DNA of 64,000 nucleotides, from NCBI GenBank assembly GCA_965248905.1, contig CBDFKS010000004.1:14759-78758 (forward strand), given 5' to 3'. Positions within the stretch are counted from its first letter, which is position 1. Each line of letters opens with the position of its first letter. The DNA is from Dehalococcoidia bacterium. Its GTDB lineage: Bacteria > Chloroflexota > Dehalococcoidia > Lucifugimonadales > JAGWBF01. Under the pieces are notes generated by a model. That model ran no database searches and was not told the origin of the DNA. It saw only the letters and a list, made by a program, of their open reading frames with translations. This document shows, one piece after another, positions 18,332 through 25,841 of this stretch. A program made the position numbers and the translations under genes.

Positions 18332-18856
18332 ATGAAGATAGCCTTCATGGGCGGCAAGCAGGCGGGTTGCCTGGGCTTGCTTACGGTTTACGCTGCAGGT
18401 CATCAGCCCACTGCCCTGGTGGCCTACGATGATCTAGTCCAGCAGTTGGCGGATTCCCTGTCATTACCCTGCTATTCGTCTATACGCGACTCAGGTTTCC
18501 AAGATGCTTTGGCACACAATGACCTTTTACTCAGCGTCCATGGGAGGGAGATCGTTCCCAACAGGTTACTAGCGGTTCCACCATTGGGAGGAATTAACGT
18601 CCACCCCTGCCTATATCGGTACAAAGGTGCCGATCCGATCGGCAGGTTTCTTCAGGATGGAATTTCCAAGGCCAGCGTTGGGATCCATTGCATGACCGAC
18701 AAGGTTGATGAAGGTGAAGTGTTAGTGGAGGAGTTTGTTGAAGTCGAAGGCAAGGAGACCGTTGATGGGGTATATAACGCTTTGTACCCCTACTACACCA
18801 CCGCATTGATTAAAGCTCTGAAGATCTTACAAAGTAGACTTCCCGTTAATCCATGA
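18332..18856 (+). CDS. Stand-alone formyltransferase catalytic domain (Fmt N-terminal-domain-like)
   Basis: GGINVHPCL supplies the N-x-H and HCMTDKVDEGEVL supplies the Asp of the N/H/D triad. It is 174 aa with no Fmt C-terminal domain. Confidence 0.75.
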   Translation: MKIAFMGGKQAGCLGLLTVYAAGHQPTALVAYDDLVQQLADSLSLPCYSSIRDSGFQDALAHNDLLLSVHGREIVPNRLLAVPPLGGINVHPCLYRYKGADPIGRFLQDGISKASVGIHCMTDKVDEGEVLVEEFVEVEGKETVDGVYNALYPYYTTALIKALKILQSRLPVNP

Positions 18857-19881
18857 CAAGGGTGCTCTTTCGCGTGGATGCCGGGCTTCACATCGGACTC
18901 GGCCATCTTCAACGATGTCTGTCTCTGGCCACCGCATTAAAGACCTCCTCCGCGGAGAGTAGCTTCCTCGTGAATGAAGACCATAGCAGCGGTGAGCGGG
19001 TAGAGCGATGGGGGTACACGTCTCAGACCCTTCGTGAGGTCCCATCCTGGACTACTGAGGACGCGAAGGTGACAATAGAGACGGCATCGCGATTAGGCTG
19101 TGACAGAGTGGTGGTCGATTCCCACGAAGTGCCTGCAGATTACCTGGCTATGCTTACGGACTCTGAGCTATTTATAATAGCCAGAGATGACCTTGCTCAG
19201 TACACCTTTCCCTGCCAGATGGTATTTAACGGGAACGCGGATGCCCGCCTGTTGCCCTATCATTCCACTAACGGTGATGCGGTGTTTCTTCTGGGTCCAG
19301 AATACGCAGTGTTGGGCCCGCAGTATCAGGAAACAACAGCCCGTAAGGTAAACGCCTCCGTGCAGAACCTCCTGATAACCATGGGCGGTGAAGACCGCTA
19401 TAACCTGGTCCCCGATATCCTCAGCTTGCTGGACTGGATGCCAGGAGATTTTAGCGTCACTGCTGTGATAGGACCATACTCTAGGAACGTCGCAGAGGTG
19501 GAATCAGCTGCAGGAAAATCAAAGAGGACCGTCAAGTTGGTCTACAGTCCATACTCATTGCGAGACGTGATGGTGGAGGCCGACATGGCCATATCAGCCG
19601 CCGGACAGACTCTCTACGATTTGGCCTGTACGGGATGTCCGACCGTGGCGATCAAGGTTGCCGAAAACCAGGTCGGGCAAATGAGGGCTTTCGAAGATGC
19701 AGGATTCCTTCGAGTAGGTGGGAACGCCGAGAAGGACGATGTCCTCTCTCCTCTAAGAGAGATTATCTCATCCTTGCTCTCTGATCCTGAGGCGCGGGCT
19801 GCCATGAGCAAGGTCGGCCGGAGGTTGGTCGACGGTCAAGGAGCCAAGCGAGTCGCCAAGGAGATCTTGGCGCATGTTTAG
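18853..19881 (+). CDS. pseG: UDP-2,4-diacetamido-2,4,6-trideoxy-beta-L-altropyranose hydrolase-like (PseG/SpsG family)
   Basis: VLFRVDAGLHIGLGHLQRCLSLATAL is the typical PseG N-terminus. The C-terminal half is GT-B/GT28-like (ADMAISAAGQTLYDLACTGCP). Confidence 0.85.
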   Translation: MTRVLFRVDAGLHIGLGHLQRCLSLATALKTSSAESSFLVNEDHSSGERVERWGYTSQTLREVPSWTTEDAKVTIETASRLGCDRVVVDSHEVPADYLAMLTDSELFIIARDDLAQYTFPCQMVFNGNADARLLPYHSTNGDAVFLLGPEYAVLGPQYQETTARKVNASVQNLLITMGGEDRYNLVPDILSLLDWMPGDFSVTAVIGPYSRNVAEVESAAGKSKRTVKLVYSPYSLRDVMVEADMAISAAGQTLYDLACTGCPTVAIKVAENQVGQMRAFEDAGFLRVGGNAEKDDVLSPLREIISSLLSDPEARAAMSKVGRRLVDGQGAKRVAKEILAHV

Positions 19882-19930
19882 TCTTTAGCCGGTCGAACAC
19901 TCGGACCCTTTGTAGCAATGCCGCACAGTT

Positions 19931-21838
19931 ATGACGCTGCTGGTCTCAGAAATTCATCCCTTCAACCTGTGTATCTTCTGGTTTCTTTCCTTTTTTCTGC
20001 GAATAGAAGCATATAGGATCAACCCGATGTGTCCTGGCTTACTTACCGGAAGGATAAGGGCGGTGGACATCTCCCAACATCTTTCCTGGATCAATACCCA
20101 TTGCTTTCGTTCCGGCGTAGTTCAGCAATGGGAAGAGCTCCTGACCAAGTTTCCAGAAAAGGACTGGAGTCTCCGTTATCGAGGCATGACCCTGGATTTC
20201 TCTACCAAAGCCAAACAGGAGCTAATATCATATTTCGACCAGCTTATGTTGTTACGGATGATTCAACAGCAACGAAGTCAAGGCTCTAAGATTTACATCG
20301 TGGACTCCCCTCAGTTCAGATACTTAAGAAACATGGACCGGTCGGCAGGGGTCTACAAATACCCTGCATTCCCCGTGTTTTCTACGATCAGCATGATGCT
20401 CGATCTGCTGTTTATGTATTTCTCGGTTGCTCAGCGCATGCTCTCGCTGATTGGCGCCATGGTGTATGGGATCGTGCGGCGAGATTCACGCAACCCGCTC
20501 CGAGCAAGAACCGTACCTTACATCTGGGACTCCATCAACTCAAACGAGCTCAGTGTTGATCCCCAGAGGCGCTATTTCCCCTGGATAGTGGACGGCCATC
20601 AGATTCCTATGGAGGAGGTACTGTTCATTGTCCCAAGGGGCGCGGACAAGAATGCCCGGCCGGACCTCCACAATGCCGGCTACCAGGCACATACCCTCCT
20701 GGAGCTGTATCGAATCATTCCGGTCACGGTCCTGCTGGGATGTATTGCCGCCATGATAGCGATGATAGCCAAACAGACGCTGCGATGGCATGGGAATATG
20801 GTATCGATCCAAAAGGCTGCTTACTTCGTCAGGATGATGAGATTGGCGCCGATTACTCAGAGCTTCAAACCCAACTGCTACGTCACCAACATTAGCATGA
20901 TGGGTAATGAAGAGCCGGCCACGGTGTTCTTCAACTCACTGGGCCTTCAGAGCATCATGTACAGCTACAGCTCCAATGCCTATCTGTTCGGAGACGAAAG
21001 CTGCACCTGCGATTATAGGGCCCCGACCTTCGCCCATATTCTGGCTTCTCACCTTCTGGTGTGGCATCGGGATTTCCAGGACTTTATCCAGCAACATCCT
21101 CAGGGAAACACCATTGTTGAAGCTGTTGGCCCGTTGATGTCTGGAGACGAAAGTGTTATGGAGCTGCCACCACATCAGCTTCGAACGGCTCTGGGAATAA
21201 AGTCTGCGAACTGGCAGGATGGTCTAAGCTACGTTTCGTTCTTTGACGTGGCGCCCCCTGTTGATGCTTTGAAGATAGCCAGAAATAGATATCCAGAGCC
21301 TTCCACGGAAGAATACAACGTGGCTTTCCTGGATGATATGATGCGGTTGCTGGAAGACTGCGATAATCTGGCTCTGATCTACAAACCTCAGCGAAGTCTG
21401 GTGGGGCCCAAGTTTTCTTACTCCGAAGGGTTTCGTGGTCTGTTGGACAGGCTGGAATCCAGTGGTCGCGGGTTCATTTTGGACGATACCATCAATCCCT
21501 GGGTCCCCATTGGAATCGCCGACCTGTGTATAAGCATGCCTTTTACTCCTCCTTCCCTTGCCGCGATGCACTACGGCATACCGGGTCTCTTTCACGATCC
21601 GACCGGCATGGCATTGCGCCACCGCTATCAACCCATATCCCATTTCATTACCCACGATTATGACGAGTTAAGGTCAAAGGTTAGAACGTTGCTTTCCAAT
21701 GGCTCACGTTACAATAGAGACAAAGAGATAATATGGTCAGAGGCACGTAGCTTTATCGGTGACCGCCCAGGCATAAACTCCAGCGAGAGATTCCGGAACA
21801 TGCTATGGAAGTTCCATAAAAAGGAGGACCAGACATGA
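19931..21838 (+). CDS. Large uncharacterised membrane-associated protein with a GT-B-like C-terminal module (KP variant of the HP motif)
   Basis: Hydrophobic segments are FSTISMMLDLLFMYFSVAQRMLSLIGAMVYGIV and IIPVTVLLGCIAAMIAMIA. The C-terminus LALIYKPQRS...IADLCISMPFTPPSLAAMHYGIPGLF parallels ORFs 27661 and 33446. The start is uncertain. Confidence 0.6.
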   Translation: MTLLVSEIHPFNLCIFWFLSFFLRIEAYRINPMCPGLLTGRIRAVDISQHLSWINTHCFRSGVVQQWEELLTKFPEKDWSLRYRGMTLDFSTKAKQELISYFDQLMLLRMIQQQRSQGSKIYIVDSPQFRYLRNMDRSAGVYKYPAFPVFSTISMMLDLLFMYFSVAQRMLSLIGAMVYGIVRRDSRNPLRARTVPYIWDSINSNELSVDPQRRYFPWIVDGHQIPMEEVLFIVPRGADKNARPDLHNAGYQAHTLLELYRIIPVTVLLGCIAAMIAMIAKQTLRWHGNMVSIQKAAYFVRMMRLAPITQSFKPNCYVTNISMMGNEEPATVFFNSLGLQSIMYSYSSNAYLFGDESCTCDYRAPTFAHILASHLLVWHRDFQDFIQQHPQGNTIVEAVGPLMSGDESVMELPPHQLRTALGIKSANWQDGLSYVSFFDVAPPVDALKIARNRYPEPSTEEYNVAFLDDMMRLLEDCDNLALIYKPQRSLVGPKFSYSEGFRGLLDRLESSGRGFILDDTINPWVPIGIADLCISMPFTPPSLAAMHYGIPGLFHDPTGMALRHRYQPISHFITHDYDELRSKVRTLLSNGSRYNRDKEIIWSEARSFIGDRPGINSSERFRNMLWKFHKKEDQT

Positions 21839-22545
21839 CTCAAGTGGACAAGGACATTCAAGCCGAAAACGCCGGTTGGACCTTCGAGAATATTGCCGAT
21901 AGCTTCGATGACCACGTTCGCAAATCGGTGCCTCTCTACGATGAAGGCCACGACCTGGTCTGCAAACTCAGCGATTTCTTTCTGCCCGAGGGTGGGGCTG
22001 TGGTGGAGCTGGGTACCTCGACAGGAGTCCTGGCCGGGAAGTTCCTAAAACATAACGAGAGACGTCATGATCTTAGCTACATCGGCATCGATCGCGTCGA
22101 CAGCATGTTGGAGCGGGCGAGGGAGCGATGCGTCCAGGATGGCCGGGCCCTGTTCATCAACGACGATGTAGTCACCTGCCCACTCCCCAAGAGCAACATG
22201 ATCATTTCTTACTACACCATGCAGTTCATCCACCCACGTTGGAGGCAGACCGTCTTCGACAAGATATATGAAGCCCTTGAGTGGGGTGGAGCCTTCGTTC
22301 TATTCGAAAAGGTACGGGCCCCAGATGCCAGGTTCCAGGATATAGCAGCCCAGCTCTACATCGAGTTCAAGCTAGACCAGGCCTTCGATGAGATTGAAAT
22401 CCTCGGAAAGCAACGCAGTCTCAAGGGAGTGCTAGAGCCCTTCTCAACGCAGGGTAACCTGGACTTGATGAAAAGGGCAGGATTCGTGGATATGATGACC
22501 ATTATGAAATCCATCTGCTTCGAGGGATTCCTAGCGATTAAATAA
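21835..22545 (+). CDS. CmoA-like class I SAM-dependent methyltransferase
   Basis: WTFENIADSFDDHVRKSVPLYDEGHDLV resembles the CmoA N-terminal block (F.....FD.H...SVP.Y). Motif I is VVELGTSTGVL. Confidence 0.75.
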   Translation: MTQVDKDIQAENAGWTFENIADSFDDHVRKSVPLYDEGHDLVCKLSDFFLPEGGAVVELGTSTGVLAGKFLKHNERRHDLSYIGIDRVDSMLERARERCVQDGRALFINDDVVTCPLPKSNMIISYYTMQFIHPRWRQTVFDKIYEALEWGGAFVLFEKVRAPDARFQDIAAQLYIEFKLDQAFDEIEILGKQRSLKGVLEPFSTQGNLDLMKRAGFVDMMTIMKSICFEGFLAIK

Positions 22546-22576
22546 GCTTGATTCCAAGTTTGATGAGAATACTCGA

Positions 22577-23647
22577 ATGGTGAAGGAAGACACGTCCAGG
22601 TTATCAACAAGCTCGGAAGCTGACTTATTCAACATCGTTGAGCAAGAGCTAGAGTCTTACGTAGACCTGGCGCTGTTGTCGGCCAATTCAAACGACCTGA
22701 CGAGCGTGTGGCAGAATAGGCTGAACAACGAGCCTCAACGCTTCATCAAGGACGGCTGTTCACTGAACCGGGAGGCCCTTCGTAACTTTCGCCGCATGCA
22801 GATCCTTGTCACTGACAACCCCAGAAACGATTTAAACCCGTTAAACCCTGTAAATATTTTGAGTGGCGGCCGCCGGGGCGAAAGGAAGATGCTCCAAGAG
22901 TGTCTGGCCGTGCTACAGGAACAGGGCTACGGCGAGCTGCTTCGCAAATATCCATGTCACGAGGCGGGCAATCCACACGCCTTCCGCTCCAAAGGGTTCT
23001 CATTTACACTTCGGTGGTTCAAACACATATGCTTCGTGGGCCTGCTGAACAAGGTCCTTGGAAGTCGGTTAGCGAATGAGTTTATTGGTCTGGATATAGG
23101 AAGTAGCTATGGAATATTCGCGAGCCTCGTAAAAAGGGAATATCCAAAATCCCGCCACATTCTGGTAGACTTCCCAGAGCAGCTGATCCTGGCCAAATAT
23201 TTCCTTGCCGCCTGCTTTCCCGAGGCCAGAATCGCAGGCGTCAAGGAGGTCTCCAAGCACGAATCGCTATCCCGGGACTTCATTGAGGACTACGACTTCG
23301 TTCTGGTCCCATCCTCGCTGTATGATCGCTTAACATCGGGCAGTGCCGATCTCGTAACCAACTTCGCCTCATTCGGGGAGATGACACGATATTGGTACGA
23401 GTACTACACGAAATCACCGGCATTCCAGACGGCAAGCTATCTATTCACGGCAAACAGAATTCAGTCGTACCCGACTTACGACACCGACGTGACTATACTC
23501 GACTACCCTGTTTGGGACCCTGAGAAAAGGCTTCATTTCGGTATCTCCCCAGCTTTCTCCGGCTACTATCGCTATCTCAGGCGCCACCTCTTCTTCTCCG
23601 ACAAACGGGGATACCCTCCTTATTTCGAGTATATCGGCGAACTTTAG
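22577..23647 (+). CDS. Putative sugar O-methyltransferase-like protein (class I MTase fold)
   Basis: The motif I-like segment is FIGLDIGSSYGIFASLV, followed by ILVDFPEQL. Its size and context fit the sugar O-methyltransferases of glycan clusters. Confidence 0.6.
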   Translation: MVKEDTSRLSTSSEADLFNIVEQELESYVDLALLSANSNDLTSVWQNRLNNEPQRFIKDGCSLNREALRNFRRMQILVTDNPRNDLNPLNPVNILSGGRRGERKMLQECLAVLQEQGYGELLRKYPCHEAGNPHAFRSKGFSFTLRWFKHICFVGLLNKVLGSRLANEFIGLDIGSSYGIFASLVKREYPKSRHILVDFPEQLILAKYFLAACFPEARIAGVKEVSKHESLSRDFIEDYDFVLVPSSLYDRLTSGSADLVTNFASFGEMTRYWYEYYTKSPAFQTASYLFTANRIQSYPTYDTDVTILDYPVWDPEKRLHFGISPAFSGYYRYLRRHLFFSDKRGYPPYFEYIGEL

Positions 23648-23650
23648 TTC

Positions 23651-25420
23651 ATGAGTTACCAGGTAGTTTTTCATTTTTTGCGCCAATACAGGCTCCTTTA
23701 CGGCGGGATATTGGTCGTCACACTTATCGCCTCCGCCCTGGAGAGCTTGAGCCTAGCAGCATTCTTCCCGGTGTTCACCTCCGTGCTCGATGACTCGACA
23801 GAAGGAGTGGGAGGGATATTAGGCGTCATTACCAGCATAGCGGAGAGGTTTCCCTTCGACGATCCTATAATATCGGCATCCGTTCTGCTAGTCAGCTTGT
23901 TCGTAGCTAAAACGATCTTCACAATGGCGCGCGAAGGCTTGATTGCCTATAGTAGCGGCAAAGTGTTGTACGACACCAAAAACCGAATAATGGAAAAGTA
24001 TGCCGGCTCCGACTATCAATTTTTCTTGGACAACAAACAAGGGTCCATGATTTATAGCGGCTTACAGGCTCCTCATCACATGGCCCATGTACTGCTTCGG
24101 TTTTCCCAGATGGTTGGCGAGCTGTTCCGGACAATCGCCATTATTATCGTTTTGCTATTCGTGTCACCCTTCGCGACCATAGCTCTTGCGATCCTGGCCC
24201 TGGGCTACTCCGGAGTCATCCACGATCTTTCAAAGAGGATGTCATACCGTTTCGGCCAGAGAAGGGCCAGTGCCTTGGCAGAGCAGACCGTCATCGCCAA
24301 CGAGTTCTTCACCGGAATCCGGCAGATCATCGCTTATTGCTCCGGGGGATCGTGGTTAGAGAGGTTTCGCAAAGAAAACCGCGTCTCCAGTGAAATGTAC
24401 GCGAAAGACCTGGCGTGGGTCGCCATGCCCAAAAGCATAATGGAGCTTGCTGGTGTAGCGCTTATGATGGGCCTTGTCCTGCTGTTATGGTTCGTTACGG
24501 CGGATACCTTTGCAGATGCCCTGCCCAGGCTTGGGGTCTTCGCCGTGGCCTTGATCCAGCTACTTCCTTCGATTACCAACTTCGGGCGAATGAGGATGCA
24601 GATAATGGGCGCGATGCCAGATACTGAGCTGGTGTACAATACTCTCACCGGCCCGGCACCGACCCGTGTGGACGGCAATAAGAACGTGGACTCCTTCGAG
24701 AAGGCCATCGCATTCGAAGATGTATCATTCGCATACAAAGGTAGGGATACCTTATTGGATCGAGTCGACATGGTCTTTGAAAAGGGGAAGACTACTGCCT
24801 TGGTGGGCCCTTCGGGTGCAGGCAAGACCACCATCATCAACCTCATTCTAGGGCTGTTCGAGCCTACTAACGGACGCATAACACTGGACGGTGTGTCCCT
24901 CGGGGAATACAAGCTGGCAAGCTGGCTCGGGAAAATCGGCTTCGTGAGCCAGGAGCCCTTCATATACAACTCCACTGTGGCCGCCAACATTACCTTCACC
25001 AGAAACGGCCACTCTATGGAGTCGATCATAACTGCGGCTAGCATCGCCAACGCCCACGGACTCATCTCCGATCTTCCCCAGGGATACGATACGATCGTCG
25101 GGGATAGGGGCATGAAGCTCTCAGGCGGCCAACAGCAACGCATCGCCATAGCTAGGGCAGTGCTGGACCAGCCCGAACTACTGATATTCGACGAAGCTAC
25201 AAGCTCCCTGGACACCCTCTCGGAGAAGCTGGTGCAAGAGGCCATCGAGAACGTCTCCAAAGATCGCACAGTGATCATAATCGCCCATCGGCTCTCGACG
25301 ATAAGATACGCTGACAAAATAATCGTTATGGACAGCGGTCGAGTAATCGAGGAAGGAACCCATGACGAACTGTTAAGTCAGCAGGGCCATTATTCCCGTC
25401 TGGTGGCTTCATCCACGTAA
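23651..25420 (+). CDS. ABC exporter, fused TMD-NBD (MsbA/PglK-like)
   Basis: The N-terminal half has six hydrophobic spans. Walker A is GPSGAGKTT, the signature is LSGGQQQRIAIARA and Walker B is LLIFDEATS. Confidence 0.93.
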   Translation: MSYQVVFHFLRQYRLLYGGILVVTLIASALESLSLAAFFPVFTSVLDDSTEGVGGILGVITSIAERFPFDDPIISASVLLVSLFVAKTIFTMAREGLIAYSSGKVLYDTKNRIMEKYAGSDYQFFLDNKQGSMIYSGLQAPHHMAHVLLRFSQMVGELFRTIAIIIVLLFVSPFATIALAILALGYSGVIHDLSKRMSYRFGQRRASALAEQTVIANEFFTGIRQIIAYCSGGSWLERFRKENRVSSEMYAKDLAWVAMPKSIMELAGVALMMGLVLLLWFVTADTFADALPRLGVFAVALIQLLPSITNFGRMRMQIMGAMPDTELVYNTLTGPAPTRVDGNKNVDSFEKAIAFEDVSFAYKGRDTLLDRVDMVFEKGKTTALVGPSGAGKTTIINLILGLFEPTNGRITLDGVSLGEYKLASWLGKIGFVSQEPFIYNSTVAANITFTRNGHSMESIITAASIANAHGLISDLPQGYDTIVGDRGMKLSGGQQQRIAIARAVLDQPELLIFDEATSSLDTLSEKLVQEAIENVSKDRTVIIIAHRLSTIRYADKIIVMDSGRVIEEGTHDELLSQQGHYSRLVASST

Positions 25421-25535
25421 TTAGGAGTTCTCGAAGCAGAATTGACTTTCAGGATCTAGAGCTACATCCGGTCGACAGAACACATCGAGGGCCGAGAGAA
25501 AGTTTAATATACTAATCCTAGAAAGGAGCCACAGT

Positions 25536-25805
25536 ATGATCCTTCTCAAAAGTAAACTCAATCGAGCATATCGCTTCGCACTCAGACGTACGTTCCATAA
25601 AGAGCCTCACTTACGACCTCCCCAGGAGAGGAAAGAGCATTTTCGACATTTCCTTGGAAAGATCCAAGGAAATCCCCTTGTCTGTGTCATAGGAGGCCAT
25701 GATCAAGAGCCCCTTGGTAGGGACGTGAGATATCGATACGCTAGCTTTGATATCGCAAGCCATGAGAACATCACTCCTAAAAAAGGGTGCAACCTTAGAC
25801 ACTGA
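25536..25805 (+). CDS. Small ORF (89 aa), probably the detached 5' part of the following gene
   Basis: There is a good SD (AAAGGAG 8 nt upstream). The last 33 nt before its divergent tail are repeated exactly 68 nt downstream, in frame with the ATG of ORF 25841. Confidence 0.5.
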   Translation: MILLKSKLNRAYRFALRRTFHKEPHLRPPQERKEHFRHFLGKIQGNPLVCVIGGHDQEPLGRDVRYRYASFDIASHENITPKKGCNLRH

Positions 25806-25841
25806 GTACTAGCTTTGATATCGCAAGCCATGAGAACATCA
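25741..25841 (+). repeat. Perfect 33-nt direct repeat (25741-25773 and 25809-25841), period 68 nt
   Basis: ctagctttgatatcgcaagccatgagaacatca occurs twice, separated by a 35-nt unique spacer. Confidence 0.95.

Noticed and set aside
24334-25317. 327-aa minus-strand ORF inside the ABC transporter gene
   Set aside because: It is antisense to the NBD, which carries canonical Walker A, signature and Walker B motifs. It has no motif of its own.
25536-25805. The 89-aa ORF as a RiPP precursor for the radical SAM/SPASM enzyme
   Set aside because: It is 3 kb and two large genes away from the rSAM gene, and it has no Cys/Ser/Thr-rich core or leader-like features. The 33-nt repeat evidence shows it is more simply the detached 5' end of the next gene.
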